This document shows, in pieces, positions 40,909 to 51,021 of a stretch of 64,000 nucleotides of DNA. The notes beneath the pieces are model-generated. The model had not been told where the DNA came from and did no database searches. It saw only the letters and a program-made list of their open reading frames with translations. Within the stretch, counting starts at the first letter, position 1. Each line of letters begins with the position of its first letter. The DNA lies in the NCBI GenBank assembly GCA_036679065.1, contig JAZIGN010000001.1, positions 192,001 to 256,000 on the forward strand, in the 5' to 3' direction. The translations under genes and the position numbers were made by a program. The stretch is from Coprothermobacterota bacterium (lineage in GTDB: Bacteria > Coprothermobacterota > Coprothermobacteria > Coprothermobacterales > Coprothermobacteraceae).

Positions 40909-42104
40909 GAGACATTTTGCCTCCCGAAACCTTTAAATGGCGAAGGTTGGAGATTCTGTTGTCTAAAGCTGCTTTGCTTTATGGCTATGGTGAAATAAGA
41001 ACACCCATTTTAGAATTTTCTGAGCTTTTTAGAAAAGGTTTGGGAGACGAAAGTGATGTGGCGCTCAAGGAAATGTATGAGTTTGAGGATAAGAATGGAG
41101 ATGTGTTGTCGCTAAGGCCAGAAGGAACAGCTCCTGTGGCTAGAGCGGTAATTCAACATCACCTGTATGATACCCCCGTACTTAGGCTCTTTTACACGGG
41201 GCCCATGTTTAGGAGAGAAAGGCCCCAAGCTGGGCGATACCGCCAGTTTCATCAATTTGGTATAGAAGCCTTTGGCGTATCCGAACCTTACATGGATATC
41301 GAAGTACTGCTTATTGTGAAGAGGATATTCAGTCTTCTCAATTTGCCATTAACCATACATATTAATAGTTTAGGCTGTGATGAATGCAGACCAATTTACA
41401 TGGAACAGCTTAGAAATTTTGTACTTTCAGCAATACCTGAAGATGAAGAAATTGAGCGGTTTAAAAAGAACCCTTTAAAACTGTTCGACTCCAAAAGACC
41501 TGAGCACGCTGAAATAAAGGCTGAGGCACCAAAAATCTCAGAATATCTTTGCCCGGCATGTAAGGATCACTATGCGCACGTTATACGAGCAGCGAAGTTG
41601 TTCGGAGTTCCCATCGTTGAAGATCCTCAGCTAGCAAGAGGCTTTGACTACTACACTAGAACTGTTTTTGAGGGGTATGTAGGCGAATTCAATCTGGCTG
41701 TAGTTGGTGGTGGACGATACGACCATTTGGTTTCTTTCTACGGAGGGCCTGACGTACCAGGCATTGGGTTTGCTATTGGTCTAGAAAGATTGATTACATC
41801 CTTAGAAGAAGTGCCAATAATAGACCCCGAGCCGAAGAAAACTTACTTTTTGGCCACTACTGGCGAAGACATGATTGAACCTGCTTTCCAGTTAGCGGAA
41901 AAACTTAGAGATCATGGTATTGGGATAATAATGGATTTGCGGCAGGGAAAATTGCAAAAGCAGTTAAAATTAGCTAATAAAGTGGAAGTTCGGTATGTAC
42001 TCATACTGGGTGAAGAGGAACAAAGGAATCATGTTATCACGTTACGGGATATGGTGACTGGTGAACAGCGCATAGTTGCTCAGGAGGCGGTTTTAGATGA
42101 ATAG
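40884..42104 (+). CDS. hisS: Histidine--tRNA ligase
   Basis: PKGMRD, LRPEGTA, RERPQAGRYRQF, RGFDYY, GGGRYD. Confidence 0.98.
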   Translation: MVRNPKGMRDILPPETFKWRRLEILLSKAALLYGYGEIRTPILEFSELFRKGLGDESDVALKEMYEFEDKNGDVLSLRPEGTAPVARAVIQHHLYDTPVLRLFYTGPMFRRERPQAGRYRQFHQFGIEAFGVSEPYMDIEVLLIVKRIFSLLNLPLTIHINSLGCDECRPIYMEQLRNFVLSAIPEDEEIERFKKNPLKLFDSKRPEHAEIKAEAPKISEYLCPACKDHYAHVIRAAKLFGVPIVEDPQLARGFDYYTRTVFEGYVGEFNLAVVGGGRYDHLVSFYGGPDVPGIGFAIGLERLITSLEEVPIIDPEPKKTYFLATTGEDMIEPAFQLAEKLRDHGIGIIMDLRQGKLQKQLKLANKVEVRYVLILGEEEQRNHVITLRDMVTGEQRIVAQEAVLDE

Positions 42105-43824
42105 AATCTACATCGGCGATGTGAAAAATGTGAAATTGGATTCAGTTGTAGAATTGTGCGGTTGGGTACAGTATGTTAGGGATTTCGGTAAGGTTGTATT
42201 TTTTGTCATAAAAGATAGGACAGGCATTATTCAGTGCTACACAAGTACGCAAAGTGAAGAACTCCTAGAGCTAGTCAAAAAACTGTCCATAGACGACGTG
42301 GTCCGCGTCCGAGGCACGGTAAAACGGCGTCCAGAAGATCAGATTAACCCAAATATGGAAAACGGCGATATTGAAATCGAAGTAGAGGATTTCGAAGTTT
42401 TGAACCCATGTGCGCCTTTGCCTTATGATGTTAACGGAGAGCCCAGTGAATTTACTAAACTCAAGTACAGATATGTGGACATAAGGCATGGGGAGTTGCT
42501 AACGAACCTAAAGACTCGGAGTGTTGCATCTTCAGTTATCAGAAATTATCTTGGGCGAAAGGGCTTTTGGGAAATAGAAACGCCTTATTTGACCAAGTAC
42601 ACACCAGGAGGAGCACGAAATTTCGTGGTACCAGTGAGACAGCAACCTGGTTATTTTTACGCTTTGGCTGAAAGCCCGCAAATATTCAAGCAAATGCTTA
42701 TGATAAGTGGTGTGGATAGGTACTTTCAGTTTGCTCGCTGCTTTCGTGATGAAGATCTTCGCGCTGATAGGCAACCTGAATTCACTCAGGTAGATATAGA
42801 AGCTTCTTTTGTCACAGAAGAGGACATATATGATCTAGTGGAAGGCATGATGCAAGAGTTATTTAGGGAAGTCTTGGGAGTACAAGTGGAGACGCCTTTT
42901 CCTAGGATGACCTACGATGAAGCCATGTCTTTGTACGGTTCTGACAAACCTGATCTGCGTTTCCAAATGACTATAGACGATTACACAAACAGTTTCTCAA
43001 CCAGCAAGTTTAATGCATTTAGAAATGTGATTGAACGTGGCGGTGTAGTAAAAGGTTTGTACTGGGATAAGCCCTTAGATCGATCTGCGCTGAAGGTGTT
43101 GGATCAAGCTGCATCTGGTAGTGGGAATAAGTTTTTGTTTGTGAGTAAATCAGCCAATGGTTTGCTAACCAACGGACCAAAATCTGTATTGACTGAGGAA
43201 ACTTGGCTCGAAGACGGAACATATGTTTTTGCCGCAGGGGACGAATGGGATGTGCTGCCGTTCTTGGGAGAGTTAAGGCTGGCTTTAGGCGAGTACTTAG
43301 GCTTGCTAGACGATAACGAATATAAGTTTGTCTGGGTGACCAGTAGACCCATGTTCGAAATAGCTGAGGATGGATCGCTACAAGCTGCCCATCACCCGTT
43401 CACTATGCCTGATGTCACCTCTACCGATGAAATTAGGAAAGATCCATTAAAGGTAAGGGCGAGGGCATACGACATTGTTCTAAATGGCGTTGAAATAGGT
43501 GGAGGAAGCATAAGGATACATAAAGCTGACCTTCAAAGATCGGTTTTCGAGATCCTTGGTTTGAGCGACGAGGAAATAGAAGAAAGATTTGGATTCTTCT
43601 TGGGTGCCTTATCCTGTGGCGCGCCACCTCATGGTGGTATTGCTTTGGGCTTTGACAGGCTTGTCATGATTCTTTGCGGAGCTGACAGCCTTAGACAAGT
43701 TATCGCGTTCCCGAAAACAAAATCAGGAACGTGTCCGCTTACAGGTGCTCCTGCAAGGCTATTTGCCAGTCAGCGTCATGAATTGTTGCCCATATTCAAA
43801 CAAATTATTGAGGAGGGTGGTTAG
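42097..43824 (+). CDS. aspS: Aspartate--tRNA ligase
   Basis: FRDEDLRADRQPEFTQ, HHPFT, GGGSIRIH, PPHGGIALGFDR. Confidence 0.98.
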   Translation: MNRIYIGDVKNVKLDSVVELCGWVQYVRDFGKVVFFVIKDRTGIIQCYTSTQSEELLELVKKLSIDDVVRVRGTVKRRPEDQINPNMENGDIEIEVEDFEVLNPCAPLPYDVNGEPSEFTKLKYRYVDIRHGELLTNLKTRSVASSVIRNYLGRKGFWEIETPYLTKYTPGGARNFVVPVRQQPGYFYALAESPQIFKQMLMISGVDRYFQFARCFRDEDLRADRQPEFTQVDIEASFVTEEDIYDLVEGMMQELFREVLGVQVETPFPRMTYDEAMSLYGSDKPDLRFQMTIDDYTNSFSTSKFNAFRNVIERGGVVKGLYWDKPLDRSALKVLDQAASGSGNKFLFVSKSANGLLTNGPKSVLTEETWLEDGTYVFAAGDEWDVLPFLGELRLALGEYLGLLDDNEYKFVWVTSRPMFEIAEDGSLQAAHHPFTMPDVTSTDEIRKDPLKVRARAYDIVLNGVEIGGGSIRIHKADLQRSVFEILGLSDEEIEERFGFFLGALSCGAPPHGGIALGFDRLVMILCGADSLRQVIAFPKTKSGTCPLTGAPARLFASQRHELLPIFKQIIEEGG

Positions 43825-43828
43825 TGGG

Positions 43829-44152
43829 TTGGTGATAGAGCTCTGTGTTCCGTGCTTAGAGGAATATGGTTTACTCTTGCAAAAGGTTGTTGCGGGCGTA
43901 GGCCAAATATGGAATTTGGATTTAGATAAGTTCTTCGAACTAAGTTTGGTCGTCATAAAAGCGTTCGAAGGTGCGACTAAAAATGCCGGATCAGGTAATT
44001 TCCGTCTAAGGTTATCCCACATGAATGGGGACAGAATGCAGGTGGATATTGAGAGTGACAAGCCCATTGACATGGAGACCTACAGATTATTCTTGCTGCC
44101 CTACATGGGCCAAGAGCTTGAGAGATGTAAGAAGGTCATCTTGTACTTATGA
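43829..44152 (+). CDS. RsbW-like anti-sigma factor with degenerate kinase motifs
   Basis: IELCVPCLEEY...VAGV...ELSLVV follows the RsbW N-terminal pattern; ATGA overlap with the sigma factor; start approximate. Confidence 0.65.
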   Translation: MVIELCVPCLEEYGLLLQKVVAGVGQIWNLDLDKFFELSLVVIKAFEGATKNAGSGNFRLRLSHMNGDRMQVDIESDKPIDMETYRLFLLPYMGQELERCKKVILYL

Positions 44153-44880
44153 CAGAAAAGGAAAAGAAATTAGCGTGGCAGCTTCTGGAGCGGTATGCCG
44201 AAACCAGAGATCCTCGCATACGCGACACACTATTTCTCATGTACAAGCCGCTTGCGGATTCTGTGGTGAACAGATTTGCTCCCTATCAGATTGATAAGGA
44301 CGATTTGCGTCAGGAAGCCTACAGAGCTTTGGTTGATGCCATCGAAAGATTCAATCCCTCATATGGGAACCTGTTTGAGACTTTTGCCATACCGACCATA
44401 GTGGGTAACCTCAAGCGTTACCTGAGAGACTATGGGTGGGCTATTAGTGTACCTAGGAGCATGGTTGACATGGCCTACAGTATTCAAAAGAAGCTTCCTG
44501 AAATAGCCGAAAAACTAGGTCATGAACCTACCGTTAAAGAGATAGCTGAAGAACTGGATTTAGATGAAGAACAAGTCAGTGAAGTACTTTCAATAATGGC
44601 AGTCAAGAATACATCTAGTATTGACTCTAAAATCACCGATGAGAGTGATACCACGGGTGAGGAGCTACTGGGACTTTTAACTGACAGGGCTTTAGAAGAC
44701 GAAGCTCTTTTGGAGATAGCGGTGTCGGAACTTCCTGAGCCTGAACGCTTCATAATCGAAAAACGCTTAGAAGGTCTCTCTCAGAGTGAAATTGCAAAGC
44801 TTTTGAACATTTCCCAAGCTCAAGTCTCGCGGTTTGAAAGAAAAGCGATTGCTAAGCTTAAAGAGGCCATATATGGATAG
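44149..44880 (+). CDS. RNA polymerase sigma factor, SigB/SigF/SigG family
   Basis: DDLRQ, AIERFNP..FETFAIPTIVGNLKRYLRD..W, SQSEIA..ISQAQVSR; FAIPTI.G and RD..W are SigB-like. Confidence 0.92.
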   Translation: MTEKEKKLAWQLLERYAETRDPRIRDTLFLMYKPLADSVVNRFAPYQIDKDDLRQEAYRALVDAIERFNPSYGNLFETFAIPTIVGNLKRYLRDYGWAISVPRSMVDMAYSIQKKLPEIAEKLGHEPTVKEIAEELDLDEEQVSEVLSIMAVKNTSSIDSKITDESDTTGEELLGLLTDRALEDEALLEIAVSELPEPERFIIEKRLEGLSQSEIAKLLNISQAQVSRFERKAIAKLKEAIYG

Positions 44881-45898
44881 GAAAGACTTAATGCGAGTCA
44901 TATTGCAAGCAGAAGCCGCTTTTCTGCTAATGGCTTTCGCATTCTATATTGTTATTAGAAACCTTTCCACTGTGTATGGTTGGGTCACATTTCTTGCCTG
45001 GCTTGTATTCGCCATGTATGTGGTCGAAGCAGTAGCAAAACTATTCAAAGTGCAAAAAAGGTTTGCAGGTCTAGTAGGAGTTATAACTGCCATTTTGCTG
45101 CTCTTAGGTGTGGGGCTATCCATTTACTATCTCATACAAAGTATTATTCCGCCTCTGGTAAAGAGTATTGATAGCTTTATCGCCTACATGCCGAAGTTGC
45201 AGGAAGCCGTCGGCGAATGGGCTCAGAGGAGCGAAGTTTTTATGTGGCTTTTTGATCAGATAAGTACTGAAGTTCAGTCTTGGGTTGGTGGAGAAACCGT
45301 CAGAAATGTACTCTTTACCATTGGTCGTTTTCTCACATCTTCTGGTGGGAGTCTCTTTCAGATCACACTAGCCGTTGTGATTTCAGGAATTCTCATACCA
45401 TACAAAGATAAACTCCTTGATTTTGCAGATAGCAAAATACCTGCTGCGAAATTTAAACAATTGGATTTGATGCTTGGTCAGTATGCTTTGCAGCGCTTAG
45501 TCAGTGGTTTTGCACTAGCCGTTGTCCTTTTCATCGGTAACGCCATAATCTTGAGAAACAGTGCTTTGGCGTTAGGAATTGCAAGCTTGGGATTTGTTTT
45601 AGACTTTATTCCATATGTGGGGCCATTTTTTGCTTTCATCATCAATGCTATTGTAGTCTTGGTTGTATCGCCTTCGTGGTTAATCTTAGTTCTTACCTTA
45701 ATCATATTCTTGGCCGGGCAAGGTGTAGAACAGTTAGTAGCAGCTACCATGGCCAGTGTGCAGTTCTCCATTCCGTTTATCGTGGCCATTGCGTTAGTGA
45801 TTTTTGGTGGTGTGGTAGCTGGTGTTCCGGGGCTCATACTCGGAGTACCTATTGGTGCTTATCTTATCAATCTGTGGAGTAAGCCGAAAGAGATATGA
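44873..45898 (+). CDS. AI-2E family transporter
   Basis: Multi-TM; FIPYVGP, QGVEQ, GVVAGVPGLILGVP. Confidence 0.85.
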   Translation: MDRKDLMRVILQAEAAFLLMAFAFYIVIRNLSTVYGWVTFLAWLVFAMYVVEAVAKLFKVQKRFAGLVGVITAILLLLGVGLSIYYLIQSIIPPLVKSIDSFIAYMPKLQEAVGEWAQRSEVFMWLFDQISTEVQSWVGGETVRNVLFTIGRFLTSSGGSLFQITLAVVISGILIPYKDKLLDFADSKIPAAKFKQLDLMLGQYALQRLVSGFALAVVLFIGNAIILRNSALALGIASLGFVLDFIPYVGPFFAFIINAIVVLVVSPSWLILVLTLIIFLAGQGVEQLVAATMASVQFSIPFIVAIALVIFGGVVAGVPGLILGVPIGAYLINLWSKPKEI

Positions 45899-46308
45899 TT
45901 GTCGCTGTGGATTTTGGGCTAAAGAGAATTGGTATGGCACGGAGTGATGACAGTGAGACATGGGCTTTTCCACATAAAACACTGGAAGGGAACGATTTGG
46001 AAACAAAACTCATTATCGAGCTGAAGAAACTCGGACCGAGGGTGGTAGTTTTGGGACTTCCCAGAAACATGGACGGAACTGAAGGGGAGATGGCTGCAGC
46101 AGTTCGAGCTTTAGGTCAGCGTTTGGAGGCCGTTGGATTTATTGTGGATTTTTGGGACGAAAGGCTTACGTCTAGGTTGGTTTCTCGTCAAGACCCTCGA
46201 AGCTTGAAAAAAGCAATAAAAGATAAGGGTAAGGTTGATTTGATGTCAGCTGTGCTAATATTACAGGAGTATATTAATGCGAGGAGGAGAACAAATGAAC
46301 CACAATGA
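45895..46308 (+). CDS. ruvX: YqgF/RuvX pre-16S rRNA nuclease
   Basis: AVDFGLKRIG, GLPRNMDG, WDERLTS, VD..SAVLILQ. Confidence 0.95.
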   Translation: MIVAVDFGLKRIGMARSDDSETWAFPHKTLEGNDLETKLIIELKKLGPRVVVLGLPRNMDGTEGEMAAAVRALGQRLEAVGFIVDFWDERLTSRLVSRQDPRSLKKAIKDKGKVDLMSAVLILQEYINARRRTNEPQ

Positions 46309-46585
46309 AGAACACGAGCATAACCACGAGGAAATGGAAGAAGTCATCATATCCTTTACAGACGAAAATGATGTGGAGCATCAATATGCTCTTATTGAGG
46401 AACTATCAGTAGGCGAAGCTTTGTACGGAGTCTTTGCTCCTGTTGAAGAAGAAGGCGACCTGTTGGTATTTCGTATAGAAGACGACCAACTAGTGGAGAT
46501 TGAGTCTGATGAAGAATTCGAGAAAGTAAAAGAGGCTTGGGAAGCTCTGTTGGAAGCTGAAGACGACGAAGAAGAGGAAGAGTAG
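46295..46585 (+). CDS. DUF1292 family acidic protein
   Basis: Acidic, FTDEN...IESDEEFEKV; conserved position after ruvX. Confidence 0.8.
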   Translation: MNHNEEHEHNHEEMEEVIISFTDENDVEHQYALIEELSVGEALYGVFAPVEEEGDLLVFRIEDDQLVEIESDEEFEKVKEAWEALLEAEDDEEEEE

Positions 46586-46625
46586 TAATAGTTTATTAGA
46601 TGCATAGCTTTAAAACTAACTTCAC

Positions 46626-46859
46626 GTGTTCAAGGTTGAACTGATTTTAGGAAAAGCTGATGTGGGCGTTGTACAGACTTTGATTGAAGGGCTGGACAAC
46701 GCCTATTCCATGATGGGGACTAGCCGCATCTCGGATGACAACTACAGAATGACTCTTCAAGCTAGTAGCTTTTGCCTAAAGGAACTTATCTCAGTTATCC
46801 TCAGCTGCATGCTGCAGGGAAATGTGAAGTCCTTCTTAGTTACCACTTGGGAAGACTGA
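46626..46859 (+). CDS. Small hypothetical protein
   Basis: 77 aa ORF filling the gap, stop 2 nt before the next TTG; no SD. Confidence 0.55.
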   Translation: MFKVELILGKADVGVVQTLIEGLDNAYSMMGTSRISDDNYRMTLQASSFCLKELISVILSCMLQGNVKSFLVTTWED

Positions 46860-46861
46860 CG

Positions 46862-47905
46862 TTGGACAACAATATCTTTAACACAAGCCTCTACGGCGGT
46901 ATAAATGATTACGTAGCTGCAGCTCATGAATTGGCGGCTTCTGATCTTCACTTTGTTCCAGACGCTGATCGTGTAAATGTTTTCACTCGCACTAACGGCG
47001 ATATGCGCTTTCAAGGTGCCATTAACCACAGCGAATACGATCGATTGCTTAATGCTTTCAAGTTCTCGAGTGGGTTAGACGTTGCTAACAGCAGAGTTTC
47101 ACAAGATGCACGATTATCTATGCCTACCAGAGATGGCACGTTGTTCCTGCGCGTTTGTATCTTACCTACAGTTCACGGAGAATCCTTAACATTGAGGTTA
47201 CCAACCAAGGGCCAGTATGGTTCCTTTGTCGATCTGGGCATGGATTCTAAGCAGGCTGATTCGTTCGAGGAAGCGATCAAGTATGGTAAAGGAATTGTTT
47301 TGATAACTGGACTGACAGGCTCAGGCAAGACTTCTACGTACTATACAACATTGAGGTTCTTGCAGAACGATGGCATGAAGATCATCAGCCTTGAAGATCC
47401 TGTGGAACAGTTCTTAGATGGTGTAGTGCAAGTGGAGGTGGGGGAAGAGGTTGGATTTGGATACAAAGAAATAATTAGATCGGCGCTAAGGAGTGACCCC
47501 GATGTCATAGCAATTGGAGAAATAAGGGACGAAGAAACAGCCAGGGCGGTTATCAACGCGGCTTTTTCGTCACGTCTAGTCATTGCCACTATGCACAGTC
47601 GTGACCTATCTCATGCACTCAGGAGACTTTTGTACTTTGGAGTTTTGGCCCAAGACATAGAAGCCACTATTTCTTTTTTGATTCATCAGCGGCTGATCAC
47701 CTTGCGAAGCAATGAAAAGATGTACCGGACAGCTGTTTTTGCAGTAAAAGATGGTGCTATTAGCTGCTCACAGCCCTTTATGGAAGAGCTCACAAGTCTC
47801 ACCTACGATTGCATCTGCCGTCGGCTGGGGAATTATTCACACTTTGGTCAAGAAATTGTTAGAATTGATAGTGATTTGGAGGGGATAGCCTTTGGACATT
47901 TTTGA
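46862..47905 (+). CDS. GspE/PilB/ComGA family assembly ATPase (short)
   Basis: ASDLH, SQDAR, GESLTLR, GLTGSGKTST, LEDPVE, LRSDPDVIAIGEIRD. Confidence 0.9.
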   Translation: MDNNIFNTSLYGGINDYVAAAHELAASDLHFVPDADRVNVFTRTNGDMRFQGAINHSEYDRLLNAFKFSSGLDVANSRVSQDARLSMPTRDGTLFLRVCILPTVHGESLTLRLPTKGQYGSFVDLGMDSKQADSFEEAIKYGKGIVLITGLTGSGKTSTYYTTLRFLQNDGMKIISLEDPVEQFLDGVVQVEVGEEVGFGYKEIIRSALRSDPDVIAIGEIRDEETARAVINAAFSSRLVIATMHSRDLSHALRRLLYFGVLAQDIEATISFLIHQRLITLRSNEKMYRTAVFAVKDGAISCSQPFMEELTSLTYDCICRRLGNYSHFGQEIVRIDSDLEGIAFGHF

Positions 47906-48953
47906 GCTCCTTAGGAAAACAACGGATTTAAAGGGTACCGATTTACATTTGACGGTTAATTTACCACCCATGATTCGCATTGATTCGGTTCTTCACCCTT
48001 TGGGAGATCAGGTCTTAACTACTGAGGATACGGCTGCTATGGCTTCGCAGATCCTACCCAAAACGCAGGAAACTATTTTCAAGTCCCAGCTAAATGCCGA
48101 TTTCTCGTTTGGTGTTCCTGGCCTTGGTAGATTCAGGGCAAATGTGTACCTGCAGCGGGGAAGTGTTGCATTAGCCATAAGGCGCTTACCTTTTGACGTT
48201 CCTTCTTCTGAAGAGCTTGGACTACCAAAAATTGTCACTGATTTGGCGAAGAAGAAGAGGGGCATGGTCATCGTTACAGGTCCTACAGGATCTGGGAAGT
48301 CAACTACCTTAGCGTCCATGATAAAGACTATAAATGACTCTTTCCGATATCACATCATAACACTTGAAGACCCTATTGAATACACCTTCAGACACAACCT
48401 CTCAATTGTTAACCAGCGTGAGGTGGGAAATGACGTGCTTTCATTTGCCGAAGGTCTTCGGGCTGCCTTAAGAGAAGACCCTGATGTGGTTATGTTAGGA
48501 GAGATGCGTGACTTAGCTTCAGTTTCAGCAGCGCTAACCTTGGCCGAAACGGGGCATTTGGTTCTAACGACTTTGCATACGAAGTCAGCAGCAGAAACCG
48601 TGGACAGAATTGTGGACGTATTTCCTCCGAACCAACAGCAGCAGGTCAGAACTCAGCTTTCTAGTGTGTTGGAGGGAATAGTTTCTCAGCGCCTTTTGCC
48701 CAAAAAGGGTGGGGGATTGATTTTGGCGTATGAGGTTCTCATAGCAACTCCTGCCGTGCGTTCGCTTATCAGAGAAGGGAAAACTCATCAAATACCGTCT
48801 TCCATTCAGACGGGTTCATCTTTTGGCATGGTTACCATGGAAAACAGGTTATTCGAACTTCTGCAAAAGGGTTTCATTGATGAAGATCAAGCCATGGAAA
48901 CGGCGAATTATCCTGATGTATTAAAAAGATTGATAGATGCTCAGAAAAAGTAA
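47892..48953 (+). CDS. pilT: Type IV pilus retraction ATPase
   Basis: GPTGSGKSTT, NQREVG, LREDPDV, AETGHLV..TLHT, AVRSLIRE. Confidence 0.95.
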   Translation: MDIFELLRKTTDLKGTDLHLTVNLPPMIRIDSVLHPLGDQVLTTEDTAAMASQILPKTQETIFKSQLNADFSFGVPGLGRFRANVYLQRGSVALAIRRLPFDVPSSEELGLPKIVTDLAKKKRGMVIVTGPTGSGKSTTLASMIKTINDSFRYHIITLEDPIEYTFRHNLSIVNQREVGNDVLSFAEGLRAALREDPDVVMLGEMRDLASVSAALTLAETGHLVLTTLHTKSAAETVDRIVDVFPPNQQQQVRTQLSSVLEGIVSQRLLPKKGGGLILAYEVLIATPAVRSLIREGKTHQIPSSIQTGSSFGMVTMENRLFELLQKGFIDEDQAMETANYPDVLKRLIDAQKK

Positions 48954-49953
48954 TAGTAATGGCAGGAAAGGTTCCCAGGCCGCAGAGGATTTTCTGATCG
49001 ATGTGGCACAACTGATGGCTGGAGGATATAGCATGTCCGATAGCGTCGTCATATTAAGTCAGGAGTCCAGATACGGCTTGGTGCCTGCATTGCTCAAAGA
49101 CTCACTTGCTGAAGGCCTTGCGTTCTCTGAGGCTCTGGAAAGAATCCCTACCATCATAGATCCGGTGATAAGTATGTACATACGATCTGCAGAGGAGACA
49201 GGAAATCTGACACATGCCATGCAGGAAGTTTCTACAAGGATATTAGCTGGTAGAAAGTGGGATCAGATGGTGTCAGAAATACTCTTTTACCCACGTCTGG
49301 TACTTGTTGCAGTCACGCTGATTTTGGACGCATTTTGGTTGTTTTTCTTACCATTCATTGAGAGTTTCCTTTACTCCATGGGAATGGAGGCAGTGTTTTG
49401 GACAGAATTGATGAGCCTGTCCAAGTCTTTTATGTGGGCACTTCCCATTATAAACATTGGAAGCGCTTGGGTAGCATTTAGTGATGGACTGGTTTCTATG
49501 CTGGTGCCAAGAAGTGTAAAAACTTTGAGTAAGGATGTTTGGTTATTCAGCTCATTGGAATCAATGCTACAGGCTGGTTTGCCAATGGGAACTGCCATAT
49601 TGACTCTTTCTCATATAAGTACCAGTATTAAAGGTGAGCAACAAACCTTAATGAGGTTATATGAGCGATTAAAGTCAGGAGAAAGGTTAAGTATGGCCAT
49701 GAGTATGGAGGAAGGACGTTGGGATTCCACTGTAATTTCACGCGTTGCTATCGCTGAGAAAAATGGGGTCCTGAACCAAGCTTTGAGTTCGATTACTTCG
49801 CAGCTAGAACACAGAAGGCAGATGACCATGGCACACTATGTTCAGGCGCTAAAATCTTTCTCGGTTTTAATGGCGGGCTTGGCTGTTTTTGGAATTACCT
49901 ACTCGGTTTACAAACCTATGGTTCAAATGCTACTAGATCTAAGTGGTATTTAA
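48937..49953 (+). CDS. Type II secretion F / PilC / ComGB platform protein
   Basis: Duplicated T2SF repeats (AEETGNL, LFYP, LQAGLP, AEKNG), TM segments. Confidence 0.85.
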   Translation: MLRKSNSNGRKGSQAAEDFLIDVAQLMAGGYSMSDSVVILSQESRYGLVPALLKDSLAEGLAFSEALERIPTIIDPVISMYIRSAEETGNLTHAMQEVSTRILAGRKWDQMVSEILFYPRLVLVAVTLILDAFWLFFLPFIESFLYSMGMEAVFWTELMSLSKSFMWALPIINIGSAWVAFSDGLVSMLVPRSVKTLSKDVWLFSSLESMLQAGLPMGTAILTLSHISTSIKGEQQTLMRLYERLKSGERLSMAMSMEEGRWDSTVISRVAIAEKNGVLNQALSSITSQLEHRRQMTMAHYVQALKSFSVLMAGLAVFGITYSVYKPMVQMLLDLSGI

Positions 49954-49966
49954 GGAGGTGTTGTTT

Positions 49967-50995
49967 TTGAACATAGAAAGTCTGTTGCAAGGAGCAGATG
50001 CTCTTTTTATTAATGACCGTCCCACCCTGCGCTGGTTGAGTGGATTCACTGGCGACGAAGGTTATGCTTTAGTTACTAATGACGTCAAGTTGCTTCTGGT
50101 GGATTCTCGTTTTACTGAACAAGCTCTTTTAGAAACCAAAGGCTTCGAGGTTATTGAATACAGGCCACCGTTAGTCGATTTCCTTAGTGAACAAGGTTTC
50201 CTAAAGGGTACCATAGCCATTAATGGTGACTACATCAGTTACAGGCTATCCTCTAAGTTGGCTGAGAAGGGAGTTAAGCTAATGGACGTAGGGGAGGAGA
50301 TACTCCTTCAACGTGCAGTAAAGACGCCAGAGGAGATTGACTACATTAAACAAGCTATCTTCATAGCAGAGGAGGCTTTTAGGAGATCCTTGGGTAGCAT
50401 TAAACCTGGAGTAAGCGAGAAGGAATTTGTAGCTGAACTAGAGTACCAAGCGCGCAAGTTAGGCAGTGAGGGGATGGCTTTTGATACCATTGTGGGCAGC
50501 GGGTGGAGGGGTGCATTGCCACATGGTGTAGCCAGTGACAAGAGAATTGAAGACGGTGACTTGGTTGTAGTGGACTGGGGCTGTGTTTACAAGGGCTACT
50601 GCAGTGATTTAACACGCACAATCATTGTCGGTAATGCTGACGCGAAGGCCATGGAGGTTTTGAATGTTGTACTGGAAGCTCACCGCTTGGCAGCTGAAGC
50701 AGAAGAATTCACTTTTGGTTCTGATCTGGATGCCATCGCTAGGGATTACATAACTAGTAAGGGTTTTGGTAAATACTTTGGTCATGGGTTGGGCCATGGT
50801 ATTGGACTTCAGATCCATGAGTACCCTTCGCTTTCTGCCAGGACACAGCATCAACTCATAGATGGTCATGTCTTTACCATTGAACCTGGCATTTATCTAC
50901 CTGGAGAATTTGGTGTGAGAATTGAAGATGACTACGCCATATTAGGGGGTAAAATTAATAAGCTAAGCAACTTAGAACAGGTCATAATGGTATAA
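49967..50995 (+). CDS. Xaa-Pro aminopeptidase (M24)
   Basis: SGFTG, DSRF, LPHG, SDLTRT, HGLGHGIG..IHE, TIEPG, GVRIED. Confidence 0.95.
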   Translation: MNIESLLQGADALFINDRPTLRWLSGFTGDEGYALVTNDVKLLLVDSRFTEQALLETKGFEVIEYRPPLVDFLSEQGFLKGTIAINGDYISYRLSSKLAEKGVKLMDVGEEILLQRAVKTPEEIDYIKQAIFIAEEAFRRSLGSIKPGVSEKEFVAELEYQARKLGSEGMAFDTIVGSGWRGALPHGVASDKRIEDGDLVVVDWGCVYKGYCSDLTRTIIVGNADAKAMEVLNVVLEAHRLAAEAEEFTFGSDLDAIARDYITSKGFGKYFGHGLGHGIGLQIHEYPSLSARTQHQLIDGHVFTIEPGIYLPGEFGVRIEDDYAILGGKINKLSNLEQVIMV

Positions 50996-51021
50996 TTATG
51001 GGAAGCGAGAGGTGATGAGAT

